Assembly (NCBI GenBank): GCA_043228905.1
Contig: JBHGNT010000011.1
Location: 4,650,001 to 4,714,000 of the forward strand
Reading direction: 5' to 3'
From: Azolla caroliniana
Taxonomy: Eukaryota; Plantae; Polypodiophyta
DNA length: 64,000 nt
In this document: positions 47,930-62,300 of the stretch, in pieces
Position numbering within the stretch: the stretch's first letter is position 1
Layout of the letters: each line of letters starts with the position of its first letter
Notes under the pieces: model-generated
Databases searched by the model: none
Told to the model about the DNA's origin: nothing
What the model saw: only the letters and a program-made list of their open reading frames with translations
Translations under genes and position numbers: made by a program

Positions 47930-49924
47930 ATCTATTCCACCACGGCATTTTGCATGGGAGTATAAGGAACGGTCTTTCAGTGTTGGATCCTTTTGTCAGA
48001 TAGGGTATTGTTTGAAGGCCTAGGAGGTGTATTAACCTCCATTGTGAGATTAGAGTGTCTTCACTTGGTATCCTGACCGATTCTCCAGTTTGACTAACGG
48101 TTCGAATGAAGACATCAAGTGCTTAATCTTTTGACCTAATCGAGTAGGGCCGAACTTTTCGTGTACAATCATCTACGAATGTGATGAAGTATCGAGAGCC
48201 TCCTAGTGAGCTTTTGGGCATTGATCAACATATACTTGTGTGGACAAGCTCTAAGGGTTGTTGTATGGTCTCGTCGTGGAGAGAGTGCTGACTTCGGGTT
48301 TGTTTTCCGTAACGACAATGCTCACAGAAGTTCATCTTTGTCGGGAGCTTCGGGATGTAGCTGATCACTATCAACTGGTCTAGTTCGGCTTGTGACATAT
48401 GGCCGAGTTAGCCATGCCATAGGTTCGAGTCTTGCATTTCAGCTACGTTCATGGCATCATTGGTACTGATCGCCATTACTGGATACAAGTTATTGTACTT
48501 GTATCCATTCCCGATTTTCAGATTTCCTTGGCTGATCATCCATGTCCCACTCATTGACAGTCATTTGGTTGCACTCTTTGCGTAACATGCCAATAGAGAC
48601 CAAACTCCTTTTGAGTTCGGGTATGTGTTGGAGTTAGTGTAGGGTGATAGTGTGTCGGGGATCTCTCCAATCGTTGCAATCAGACGGTCTAGTCCGGCTT
48701 GTGACATATGGCCGAGTCGGCCATGACATAGGTTCGAGTTCCGCGATTCCGCTACGTTCATGGCCCCATCTGGATTGATCACCATTAGTGGATACAAGTT
48801 ATTGTACTTGTATCCATTCCCAATTTTCGGATTTCCTCAACTGATCATCCATGTCAACTCATTGACAGTCGTTCAGTACCCCTCTTTTGCTAACATGCCG
48901 ATAGAGACCAGACTCCTTTTGAGTTCAGGTACATGCTGGAGTCGGTGTAGGGTGATAGGGTGTTGGGCATCTCTCGGATACGTGCGATTGCGCACTCCTA
49001 CCCGTTGCCTAGTCAGACTATTCCGTTGGCTCCAACTGAATAGTTCGAAAATCATTCGATGTTGGGGCTCACGTGAAATGTGGCTCCAAAATCAGTAGCC
49101 ATGTCTATGTATCTTGCGTGTTGTATAAGACTTCGCCAGTTGAAGATTTCTCGAATAAGCGTATTTCTCCTAGCTGGGACTAGGTAAATTAACTTGGTTG
49201 CCAATGAAAGAATGGTTCAAGTCGTATTGTCTTGTATTCCACTCGAATTGCCAACCACTCTCATTCTTCTTGATCAACCAACAATCAAAGGCATTGTGAC
49301 TAGACTTTCTGCAATGGGTGCAGAAAGCACTAGATAAACTATTCCTCAACTTTGATCGTTGTCGATTATCAATCCTTCTTCTCGACAACTGGTTCTTCGG
49401 TTGGTTCTTCAATCTTGTTTGAAGTTAATCCCGTGGGAGGAGAGTTCGGATAACACCCGACTGAAGGTGTTAATGTGGGAGGTTGTTGTATCTGTTTCTG
49501 TCATCTTCATATTGAACAACTATCGGATCAATATAAGCTTTGATGACGACTGCTTCTCATAAATGGCTTGGAGCTTCTCCCACAAGGTGAATGTCGTTGT
49601 CTCTTTGGCCATACTGAAGTAGAGATCTGGGCTAGATGCATTTGAATGGTTGACCTAGCTATTTTGCCCAATGAATGCCATTCGTCACCTGTCATCGAAG
49701 CTGGCTTGTTATTATGCCGTATTGCCTCGATTTCACGCCGGATGATCATTACATCCTGCAAGGTTCTTTCCATGGAACTTTAGGATTTCTACTCCAGTAC
49801 CGGATGTAGAGGCCATGTTCTTTGGGAAGTATGATTTACTTACCTAGTCCTTTACTTCGGTCATTTCTTCTCTTCTGAGGCTTGTGTGGTTGTTGCCGTC
49901 AGACTACAAGTTGCTCTAATACCA
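47930..49924 (-). mobile_element. Old copia remnant (gag, GAG-pre-integrase, integrase) with internal ~310 bp duplication
   Basis: LCHGRLGHMSQAGLDRL, HVPELKRSLVSIGML; duplicated block ~48370-48660 / ~48680-48970; PBS-Met-like GCTCTAATACCA 49913-49924. Confidence 0.75.
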
Positions 49925-49986
49925 TTTCATGGAGAATAATATGTAGAGTTGTTAGTCTGAAAGATGATTAAAGACCTGGTCGATTA

Positions 49987-52900
49987 TGTTGGGAACAGGT
50001 CCCTCCGGATGGGAATAGAGGGGTCGAGGCGGAGACCAAAATCGTGGATATAGCCCGGGAGACCATGGAAGTTGAATATATGGTTGCAATGGAAGCCGGC
50101 AAGGAAGTCATATGGACGAAGGAGTTTATTGGAGAGCTGGGAATTTGGTAGGAGGAATTCCAACTCCATTGCGATAATCAGAGTGCCATCCACCTTGCGA
50201 AAAATGTCGCCTACCACTTGAAGACCAAACACATCGAGAGAAGATATCATTGGCTCTGAGAGTGAGTAGAAGAAATGGAGTTTCCTCTTGTGAAGATCCA
50301 CATGGCTGAGAATGGATCGGATATGCTGACAAAGGCGCTATCAACCGAAAAGTTAAACGACTACCGACAAAAGGTCGGTCTAGTGAAGTGCCCCATGATG
50401 GAGTGAAGGGGGGGTTCTTGGGAAGAAGTCCCTCCAGATCGGAAGAGAGGAGCCGAGTTGATGAGTAGCTCGGCCGAGGCCAAAACTGAAATCGTGGATA
50501 CAGCCAACTCTGGAGACCATATTTGTAAATAGTCAAAATGTGCCCCATGAGGGCTATGTATGTATATAGCCATAAAGTTGTATAACTATAAATACAACTA
50601 GGGCAAACTTTAGGAACGTGTGATACTGTAGATGTATCATTATTGTGAAAGTTAGTGCAAGTTGGTGCCTATGTACCTAAGAGAAAGCAAGATAGAGTAT
50701 GAGTGTGAGTGAGTGTATCTCTGAAGCCGTCTATTGACGAGGAAGAACTCAAGGTCATTGCCTCCGTGCTTCTTGTTGTACTCCTCTCATCATCTTAGTG
50801 ATTATGTTTCGGAGTTTGTGGACTCCACGTGGTTTTCCCAGTTCGGGTTTCCACGTTAAACATCCAGTGTCTGTCTTACTTATTTTCTTGTCTTCACGGT
50901 TTCTGTTTGTGTACTAGCTCTCTTGTTTTCTGCACCCGGATATGAACGTGTAACCAGTTGTGGCTGGTCGATTCCTAACAAAGTGGTATCAGAGCTATGG
51001 AAGACTCGTTTGGCAGCATGTTCAAGTTAACCGTCTCAAACTACTCATTGTGGAAGTCGAAGATGAGAGACATGTTTGTGTGCAAAGACTGCCGGTGCAA
51101 TTGGAAGATAAGAGACCAGACAAGATCGTTGAAGTGACTTAGGAAGTGTTGCATCTGAAGGTGGCCGCATATATAAGGTGTTTTATAGACATGAGGTTAT
51201 ACAACAACTTCAGCGAAGAAATAGAAGATCGGCGTCCTGTTCGAAAACGAGAACGTCGTGAATCGAGTCTTAGTATTTCGAAAAATCATGAAACTTCGGT
51301 ATCACGATGGCTCCAGTCTGGTAGAGCACATAAATGCCTTTGAAGGATTGATGAACCAAACCACCTCTCTAGAAGTACCTCTTGCCGACAAGGTACTAGC
51401 ATTATTGTTGTTGGGATCCCTTCCGGATAGCTAGGAAACACTCGTTGTCACATTGGGCAACGCCGGGACGGAAGCGAAGCATCTATCCCTAGAGTAGGTG
51501 AACTCGAGCTTGCTGAATGAAGAAGCTCGCCGGAAGGACCGAGATTCCAATGCCGACTAGAAGGCCTTAGTCATGGAAGGTGACATGATTTGGGGAAGAG
51601 GCCAAAATCGAAGTCGGGGAGGAGGTCGAAGTAGAGGGGGAGGCCCACGTGCTTCTATTGTAGGAAACCGAGACATTTCCAAAAGAACTGCCGACACATT
51701 CAAAAATAGAAAGGGGGAGCTGATAGTGTAGAGCCGAAGAAAATCCGTGACAGGAAGAACAACTCAGCAATTGTCGCGAGTGAGGAGGAGTTGTTGCTCA
51801 ATAGTGACCAAAACGAAGTGAATTCATAGGCGAAGAATCGACATGTGTCGTTGATTCGGGTGCATTGTTTCACCTAAGGCCTTACTCAAAGTGCTTCTCA
51901 TCCTACAGAGCCGGAGATCTCAGATCTCTAAAGATGGGAAATGAAGGAGCATGCCTAATTTTCGGCATTGGAGATGTGTGTTTGGTGACCTCAACCAGGT
52001 GCAGACTTGTGTTGAGAGATGTTCGGCACGTTCCAGAAGTTCGGCTAAACTTGATATCAGTCGATCGGTTTGATGATGAAGGCTACACAAGTAGCATCCG
52101 GAATGGCGTCATGAAGTTTTGCGGGGGAAGTTTGACCGTGGCTCGAGCCCGAAAAACCAACACACTATACATAATGAATGCTTGAATATGCCGAGGGGAA
52201 GCAAACATGGCAACCGACACAGTCGGTGAATTGTGGCATAAGAGGTTATGCAATATGAGCCAAAAGGGTATGTGAAAGCTTTCTAATGTCAACCTCATTC
52301 CGGAGGTGAAGAATCTGCAGCTTGAGAAGTGTACAGATTGTTTGGCCGGTAAGTAGAATCGAACATCCTTCCGAGCAAGGCCCCCGATGAGGAAGAAAAT
52401 GCCATTGGAACTCGTGCATACACACGTATGCTATGTGGAAAAAAAATCGCATGGTGGTTCACAATATTTCCTGAGCTTCATTGATGACTATAGCCGGAAG
52501 TTGTGGGCTTCCATGTTGAAGACGAAGGATCAAGTGTTACCTGTCTTCAAAGAGTTCCAAGAGAGGGCCGAGAGAGAAACCGACCGAAAAGTGAAGCTAG
52601 CCTAAGCGGAGAATGGCGAAGAGTACCGTGCACCGTTCGAGGAATACTGCCGAAATCAAGGAATCTGGCTCGAGTATACTATGCCAAATACGCCAGAGCT
52701 TAATGGGTTGGCCGAGAGAATGAACCAGACAGTAATGGAAAGGGTTTGAAGCATGCTTGCACATGCTAAGTTACCGAAGATGTTTTGAGTTGAGGCGCTA
52801 ATGATGGCAACATATGTGATAAATCGATCACCCTCAGTACCCTTGGACGGTGATATTCCACAAAGGGTGTGGAGCGGCAAAGATGTCTCGTACCGACATC

Positions 52901-53140
52901 TGAGGCTGTTCGGTTGTCTTGCCTATGTGCATGTGGCAAAGGACCAGAGGGGGAAGTTGGACCCGAAATCTCGGCTGTGCATATTTGTCTGCTACGGTAA
53001 TGATGAATTTGGTTATGGGCTATGGGACTTAGCCGAGAATAAAGTGACTAGGAGCCGCGACATTGTCTTCATGGAGGAAAAGACAATAGTCGATTGGGAG
53101 ATTGAGAATAAGTCTCAAACCGAGTCGATGCTGAGCTGAA
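49987..53140 (+). mobile_element. Decayed family-B-related copia tandem: partial LTR, RNase H end, PPT, LTR (~50418-50980), PBS, gag-PR-IN
   Basis: TGTTGGGAACAGGTCCCTCC at 49987; EYMVAMEAGKEVIW...; PPT 50404-50414; TGGTATCAGAGC 50984-50995; integrase YRHLRLFGCLAYVHVAKDQRGKLD. Confidence 0.8.
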
Positions 53141-53323
53141 TCGATTGAAATTGAATCCAAGCCAGCTGACTTATCTAATACTCGGAAAAAAAGTTGTTGC
53201 CTCTGAGTCTCATATTGTACCACCTCCTCTTGTAGTGATAGTTGGAGAATGTGAGCTCCCGTGGTTTTTCCCTATTAGGGTTTTCCACGTAAACATCCTA
53301 TGTCATCTAAAAGATGTAAGTGT

Positions 53324-56300
53324 TGTCGTGATGTTGCACGTCCACTGGGATAGAAAGTGAAAAAGTGTGGTTCCATGCACATTACACAAATACTTGTAAA
53401 AATGAAAATAAATAATCCTAGGGCCTAATGGCATTGAGTGCGTATAGAGGGGTGCAAGTAAAATTTGAACCTTGCACCTCCGAGATAGGAGACAATTAGC
53501 TTACCACTAAAGCTACTACTAAGTGTTGTAGATTTTGTATATTTCCTTGTCATATTCAGTATTCCATAGGAAACAAACGTACAAAACCGTGTGCACAAAA
53601 CCATGGTTTTAGCCCATGGTTTTGTACATGTCATAAGCATGCAAAGACCTATAAAAGCCTCAAGTTGGACTTGTGTAAGGGGGGTCAGTTTGGAGATCAT
53701 CATCATCATCATCATCTATAATAATATAATACTCTTCTTATTCTTCTTCTTGACATATATTTTCTTCTCAAGTATAAAAATCTTCGATCTTCTCAAGTGT
53801 GACATTAGTTTCCTCGACTCCTACATACGTACACATCGTCATCTTTTCGACAATTTCACGAACATCCTCCCCGGTTCGAGACCACGATGGTCCCGCTCAA
53901 GCAAAGCACGCATGCACGCATATCTCTGCGACATCATTTGGTGAACCCGACGTGAAGAGCGGCAGGGGAGGAGGAAGATGTATGAGGAATATCTCACGGA
54001 GGCAATGTCAAAGATAATAAGGGAATATTGGAGAGAGGGGAAAAGACGAGATTTGGCTGAACAAGTGATCGAAAGCGTGGTCGAGCGAGTCGGCTATTGG
54101 AGAGAGGATGAAGATGGATGAGGAATATCTCATGGAGGCAATGTCAAAGATAATAAGGGAATATTGGAGAGAGGGGAAAAGACGAGATTTGGCTGAACAA
54201 GTGGTCGAAAACGTGGTCGAGCGAGTCGGCTATTTTGACAGGGGCATAGTCCAAAATTTTCAAGACACCTACAATGCAGAGATGGATTCGAGAGTTGTCA
54301 ATGAAGCTATGAGGCTGGAGTACTTTTGTCGGGTGGTGGCTGAAACGAACTACAAAGAGGTAAAAGAGCTTCGAGAAGCTCATGATTCGTGGGTGACTTT
54401 CAAGGAGGCTCTACTGGAGGCATATGGCTACGAGAGACTGAAGGGACAAAGTTTGTACAAGTTCGACCAATGGGTGTCATCAATAAAGACCCACCAGAGT
54501 GCCATGGATGCGTTCGTTGAGTTTGAGTGTCACTTTGCTCAACTCTCAGAGCGGGATTGAAGATTGGTGGGGGTGAATAAAGTTCTACTATTTGTAAAGT
54601 CAATCAATCGATATGAAAGGAAGGTCATTGGAATCCAACTCGACAACAACACGACCCATGCGGGATGTTCAAAGGAGAACGGGATGTGGCAATACACCAC
54701 CACCGAAGGAAGAAAGCTCGAAGAAGGAAGATTCGATACTCAACATAGAAGTCTTTATGAGAGAGGCATTCGAGAACTTAAAAGCGCAAGTTGAGGCTGA
54801 AGAGAAGCTTCAAAAGGAGCAAAAACTGATGCAGATAGTGATCGAGGAAGAAGAGACCTCCCTACGAATGCGGGTTAATGAAGTGGCGAAGATGAATGCC
54901 CAAGTTCAGTATCACGATGGTACCACGAGAGAAGGTGTAGAACAAGACACCTTCTTGTCTTGAAAAGAAACAACGACGAAGAATGAAACCAATGAATTGA
55001 GGACGGGGAACGCCACTTCAAGCGAGGACAAATGTTTCGAGACACGCATCATGTCTGAAACATCGAGTAATGAAGGTGCAAGCATGATCAAATCTTGCGT
55101 GATCAAGGGATGTAAAGAGTGTGAGGTCGACGTGATTGAGGTGGTAGCCACAAGGAACAACATCGAGTCGCAGATGGCTATGGAAGAGTCCACCGCAGAT
55201 GACCGTGTTGAGACTTTCCCAACACTTGATCTAGAGACTTGGGTAGTTGCGTCCGAGAGCCAACAAGAGACCCAAGAGACAGAAAGTGGTGGGGAAGCAA
55301 ATATTGAAGACAATGAGAATAACAATGTTGAGCGAAAGATGGCTATCGATGAGAAGACGGTGACCGATGCTGCCGAGATTCTCCCCACAATTGTTCCTAA
55401 GACTTCGGTACTTGTGCCCGATTGCCAACATGAGACCGGAGAGACGAAAGGTGGCAACAGGAAATTGAAGGACCGAAACGGCTTTGAGGATGATGAGGTG
55501 ATGGACTACAGACAAAGGGATCCCTCCACATTGGTTCTGGAGACTTCGGCAGTTGTGTCCGAGAGCCAACGTAAGACCGGAGAGATGGAAGGTGGCGGCA
55601 AGGAGATGAGGGTCGAAGCCAGCGCATACGAAGGAACGGTGGCCAACAAGCAAGCCAAGAACAAAGCTACAATAGAGTTCGATGAAGAGCCAGAGAGTGG
55701 CAAGAAAGGAAGAACCGGAAGACAAACTGGATGGCAGGTGACGCCGTTGGTATTCCGACCCGAACGGAAGCCGACCCGGACGAGAGTTGATCAACCAGGC
55801 CCGACCCAACCGAAAACCGGACAGAAACGGACCCAGATGGAAGTCGATCATCTGAGTCTGATTCGGCCGAATGTGAATCTAGACGAAGGCCGACCAAGCC
55901 AGAAGCTGATTGGTCGAGACCAATCCAGACAGAAGTTGAGCCGGCCTAGCCGGAGGTCGAAGCAGACGAGCTGCGATAGCCAGTCGAGGCTCTTGAGCAT
56001 AATGCAAGCATGAGATGAGAAATGATGATTGTTGAGAGACAAGCTCAACATCGGCCGGATCGGCGGAAGAAGCTGAGGACCGGATTGGTTGGGACCGATC
56101 GGTTAGGCTGAATGCGTAAACTGGTACGCAGACCGGTGCATAGGTAGGGCCAGATCGGTGCGTAAACCGGGAGGCTGTTAGGAAAGATATTCCGTGAGGA
56201 ATATATTTGGGAGTTAGTGTAGGAGCTCTTAATGAGCATTGAAGTACTGTCAGTACTTCGGTCAGTCCTTCTAAGACTTGTTTAAAAGTGTTCATTCAAC

Positions 56301-59300
56301 ACACATATGAATAGAGTGTGGTGAATAGAGATTGTGTATTTTTTGAATATACCTCTTGTGTTTTCCTCTCTCACTCTCTCTGTCTCTCCCGCGTATACTG
56401 CGTGAGCTCAAGCTCTCCATTAAACCTGAGTTTTCTTCCTTCTGTTCGGTCTTCATACTTGCTTCCGCACGTTACTTTTTACATGGTATCAGAGCGCAGT
56501 CGATACAACTTGACGAAGAAGAACAAGAAGAACGATGGATAGAGGCATGGTGAGCTTGCTTCCAACAGAGAAGCTCGACAAAACCAACTACGCGTCTTGG
56601 TTCTACAAGATGCACCAGTACCTGCTCGGGCACGGCTACTGGAGTTATGTCGAAGGAGCTAATGACGCGGCACCCGAATCGACACACAGAGACTTCCCGT
56701 CGTGGGAGCAATCGACGAGCAGGGTATTATACTGCTTCGCATCGTGTGTGGGCGAACAACTATTGAGCTATGTTCGGGATGCAAAGACGCCGAAGGGTGC
56801 GTGGGAAAATTTGAAGAAGATTTTCGCCGCGAGCACCACAGCCAGGAAGCTTCAGCTCCGACAGGAGTTGAGCAGCCTACAACAACGCGACTTGTCGGTG
56901 GCGAACTATACCTCGAAGATCAAGGATATCTGCGACTCCCTCGCCTCCATAGAGGTGAACATCGAGGAGAGCGAGATGGTCCAGATCTGTCTTGGAGGTT
57001 TGGCATCGAAGTTCGGAGCGTTCCGAATGGCTGTGTGTACCTGGGAGAATATGCCGTCCTTTTTCGACTTACAGTCAATGCTCCTGATAGAGGAGAACCA
57101 CGCGGGTGCGTCTACAAACACGCACACCGACAGTAGAATGCTGTACACGAAGGGAGATAGGCCCCGTGGACGTGGAGGACGATGCGAGTCGGCGCGCAAT
57201 GGAGGCGGCCGACGAGATCAAGGAAGAAGGCACCGAAGTGATGCCGACAGCAACTCCAGACCCTCCGGAAACAGGGGGAGTCGAAGCGATGAGAACCGGC
57301 AAGGGAAGGTCATTGCGGAGTGCTGGTACTGTGGCAAGAAAGGCCACAGGGAAAGTGAGTGCTGGAAGAAGCGCGCCGATTCGGAGAGAACCGGTTCCAG
57401 AAACGGCTCCGGACATACCGACGAGGGAAATCGGCAGCGATCGCACTACGCCGAAGACTCCGGGAGAGCCGGAGAAGGGTCTGCCTTCGTGACGAGACAC
57501 GAAGAAAACTCAATGAAACGGACCACCCCGAGATCGGACGAGGTGTGGTACGTAGACTCTGGCGCGTCAAACCACATGACGAGCCATAAGGAGTGGTTCT
57601 CGTACCTTGAAAAACCGATACAACCTGGAGTAGTCGCAACTGGAGATGACACTCCGCATCTGATCGCGAATGTTGGAGAAGTTCCCCTTAGCCATGTCGG
57701 GCAGAAAGGGAAACTCATGAACGTGCTGCACGTTCCGACAATCACGAAGAACTTGGTCTCGGTCGGACAGATCGTCGACCAAGGGATGGAGGTTCGGTTT
57801 ACACACCTCGGGTGCTTCATTGAGGAAGAAGGCCGTGTGATTGCGCAAGGGCGCAGAGACGGGAGGATGTTCATCCTCGATTCCACTGATGGCAGCACCG
57901 CAATGTTCGCGAAGGGACAAAAATCCGAGTTAGACATCGACTTGTGGCACAAGCGGATAGGTCACGTCAACTACCAGTGGCTTTAAGATCTGCAATCGAA
58001 ACAGGTAGTGTTCGGATTGCCCAAATTTAGTGGCCGAAAGGCACAAATTTGTGAAGCCTACCAGCTCGGGAAGCAACACTGACTTCCTTTCCCCAACGAG
58101 CGAAACCGGAGCCGGAACAAGCTCGACCTTATACATTCCTATGTATGGGGGCCGACACAAAACGTTAGTCTTGGCGGGAGCCAATATTTCGTCTCCTTCA
58201 TCGACGACCACACGCAGCACACATGGATCTACCTCATTGAGAGGAAGAGCGAAGTCTTCGATTGTTTCCGGGACCTCAAAGGGTTCGTGGAAACGGAAAC
58301 GGGACGAAAGATCAAGTGCCTGCGGTCGGATGGCGGGAAAGAGTACTTTTCTGGTTAATTCAACGGTTATCTACAACAAATGGGAATTCAGCGCGAATTC
58401 AGTTGTAGATACACGCCGGAGCAGAACGGCGTGGCCGAGAGGAAGAATCGGTCAGTTGTGGAAGCGGCACGAGCAATGCTGGAGGAGAAGAGCTTGCCCA
58501 AGTTCTACTGGGCCGAGGCGGTAAGGACCGCGGTATACATCCAGAACCGGATCGGAGACAAAGTGTCGGCGCACAAGCTATATTTCGGAACGAAGCCGAA
58601 CTTGCGACACTTGAGGGTGTTCGGTAGCATTGCGTATGTGCATGTACCGAAGGAGAAAAGGAGGAAGCTGGACGCAAAGGCCGAGAAATGCATCTTGGTC
58701 GGTTACTCGGACGAGCAGAAGGATTATAAGTGCTATAACCCTCGCACCAAACAAGCGCGTGTTAGCCATGACGTTGTGTTTGACGAGTCCGCGTCCTGGT
58801 ACCAGCCCCCGACTCCGAACCCCGACTCCAATCCGAGTTCTGACGATGAGGTCAGCGAGGCCGAGATGCCTCCGGATGAGCCCGAAATCGAGACCCGTGA
58901 AGAGAGTCCGATTTCACTCCGTTTAAGTGGACCGATTGGATGACTGAATCTGTACGATCAGTCTGATGAAGAGCCGGCGAGTAGCGGAGACTCGGCCGTG
59001 CATTCCCCGCGCAGGAAGTTGAGGAGACAGCTTACGCGCAAAGAGAAAGGGAAGAAGAAGGTGTCGGATTCCGGCACGGATAGGGACGAGTTAGACTGAC
59101 GCGAGTCCGACTCCGAGGGAACCGGTGACGGATCTTTAAAGGTGAAGTCCGCGTCGACCGAGAAGGCCTCGACATCAGCTAATGTGAGATTACACCGATC
59201 TACCCGCCAGAAGAATCCTGTTTTGCGGTTCGGATACAACGAGTACATGGCGCATCATTATGCGTACATGACCTGTGTAGCGGAAGTGTGTGAGCCGGAG

Positions 59301-62300
59301 AGCTACACAGAAGCGGCTAAAGACGCGAATTGGCGTGCCACGATGGAGGAAGAGATGCACGCATTGGCGGAGAACGAGACCTGGGACCTGGTTGACGCAC
59401 CAACAGGGGTAAAACTGATCGGGTGTAGGTGGGTGTACAAGGTCAAGTACAACACCGATGGCTCGGTCAACCGGTACAAGGCTCGGCTAGTGGCAAAGGG
59501 CTACGCGCAAAAACACGGCATCGACTACGATGAGACGTTTGCGTCGGTCGCGAAAATGACGACCGTCCGTGTTTTGCTCGCAGTAGCTGCGGTGAAGGGG
59601 TGGCACTTACATCAGATGGATGTAAAGAATGCGTTCCTGCAAGGTGACCTTGAGGAACATGTGTACATGGTACAGCCCCCCGGATTTCACTCTAGAACGA
59701 ACTCCTCGGCAGTATGCCGACTGAAGAAGTCCCTTTACGGACTGAAGCAAGCCCTGCGTGCCTGGAACGCGAAGATCACGCAACAACTACGTTGGATGGG
59801 CTTCGTCACGTTAAAATCAGACTCTTCCCTGTTCATCCGGAAAGGTCGACTCGGACTGGTTAGTATTTTACTATATGTTGATGACTTGGTCATCACCGGC
59901 GCCGACCTAAGTGAAATCGACCGCGTGAAGCTCCAACTTGCGGCATAGTTCGACATGAAGGATCTGGGGGACCTTCATTACTTCCTCAAGATCGAAGTGA
60001 TCCGTACCCCCGAAGGCATATTGATCAGCCAATGTCATTACGTGCTGAGTATGCTCTTCAAATTCGGGATGGCCGACTGTAAGTTCGTCTCGACTCCTCT
60101 GGATAGAACTGTCAAGCTTCGTCCCGATACGGGAAAGGTATGCGACCCGACGAGGTTCCGACAAATTTTCGGAAGCCTCATATACTTGACCATCACTCGA
60201 CCCGACCTCAGTTATCTGGTCGGAGTGATCAGTCAGTTCATGGCGCGACCTACCGAGCAGCACCTCCAGTGTGCGCAACGCATACTTCGGTATGTCAACG
60301 GCACTAAGGACCGGGGACTGCTATATCGGACCGGTGCAGCTGCGCAGTTAGTTGGCTACACCGATGCTGATTGGGCTGGCAACGCCGCCGATCGCCGATC
60401 CACGTCCAGATACGCGTTCTCCCTCGGGAGTGCCGCGATTGCGTGGAGCAGTAAGAAGCAGCCGATAGTTGCACTATCGAGCACCGAAGTTGAGTACCGT
60501 GGAGCGGCTCTCGCGACATGCGAAGCCATATGGTTGAAACGGCTGCTTAGGGACCTACAAGAGGAGGTGTCAGATCCGAAGACGATCTACTACGACAACC
60601 TCAGCAGCATCCATCTCGCGAAAAACCCCGTTTTCCATGCACAGACCAAGCACATTGAGGTGCACTACCATTTCGTCCGTGAGCGTGTCCTTTCCGGTGA
60701 AGTCGAACTTCAGTACGTTCCGACGGATCGGCAGACTGCCGACATCTTCACCAAACCTCTTGGTCTGGACAAGTTGCGGCAATTCTCAGGTGCACTCGGT
60801 TTGCGTCACCTCGACGTGCCAAACTTGAGGGGGAGAACAGTCCCGAACGACCAAGCAAGGCATCAGGAAAGGAGTGGAGACCGCCACACCGAGTTGGTTG
60901 ACTCGGTTATCGAGTTCGACTTCAGATCGGCTGAAGAAGCCGAGGGCAGACCCGCGGAAAAGTCCGGAAGCGGACAGAAGGGGAGCAGCCGAAGGAGAGA
61001 GCCGAAGCCAACCACGCATGGGGAAGATGACGCCATCGAGGGCGAGAAGACCGAAGACAAGTTGGAGACAGCCAACTCGGAAGAGAGCGAAAACCGATCG
61101 GAGGTAGCTGAGTCGGTTTGGATGTTTGATTCAGATACGCTGAATCAACCGAGGCCCAAGCGGAAGAAAAGGCAGCAGGAGAAGCGTCAACACCGCAACA
61201 GCAGAAGAGGTGATAAGGGCCACATGAGCAGACAAGCCGACCGGAAGGGTCGAAGCGCGCGGAGTCGAACAGGTCGTGGAGCGCGAGCGAGGCGTGAAGC
61301 CAGGAGGAACCGGAGTTGTGAGCCCGAAGATCCCGAAGAGCCTCAAGTTGAGCTTGAGGGGGAGTGTTGAGAGACAAGCTCAACATCGGCCGGATCGGCT
61401 GAAGAAGCCGAGGACCGGATCGGTTGGGACCGATCGGTTAGGCCGAATGCGTAAACCGGTACGCAGACCGGTGCATAGGTAGGGCCAGATCGGTGCGTAA
61501 ACCGGGAGGCCGTTAGGAAAGATATTCCGTGAGGAATATATTTGGGAGTTAGTGTAGGAGCTCTTAATGAGCATTGAAGTATTGTCAGTACTTCGGTCAG
61601 TCCTTCTAGGACTTGTATAAAAGTGTTCATTGAACACACATATGAATAGAGTGTGGTGAATAGAGACTGTGTATTTTTTGAATATACCTCTTGTGTTTTC
61701 CTCTCTCACTCTCTCTGTCTCTCCCACATATACTGCGTGAGCTCAAGCTCTCCATTAAACCTGAGTTTTCTTCCTTCTGTTCGGTCTTCATACTTGCTTC
61801 TGCACGTTACTTTTTACAATGATAAAGGAAAGTTAGATGACCATGGAGATGGCTAAGATGAAGGTGGCACATGCACGGCATGAAGTGTTATGCTCGGGAG
61901 GAGCAAAGCGAGCCATGACAACCAGACATGTCAATGCAAAGGGTGAGCGAATGATATGATGGATCGGATGGCAATGATGGTTTCGGTAGAAACAAGAGAC
62001 ATGTTCGAAGTAGAGAACAAAAGGACAGTGCGGGCGAGGCGCAAGAAAGGACACAATCAAAGACCAACCACCTTTGACCCTGCCACATCACTCTTTTCTT
62101 CTTGGCACATACCGGAGGATGTGCGGTTTGGTGGGGGTGGATGTTGGGATGTTGCACGTCCAGTGGGAGAAAAAGTGAAAAAGTGTGGTTCCACACACAT
62201 TACACAAATACTTGTAAAAATGAAAAGAAATCAATAATAAATAATCCTAGGGCCTAATGGCATTGAGTGCATATAGAGGGGTGCAAGTAAAATTTGAACC

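Noticed and set aside
53939-53955. tRNA gene
   Set aside because: Only a 17 nt complement of a tRNA 3' end including CCA, i.e. a primer-binding site
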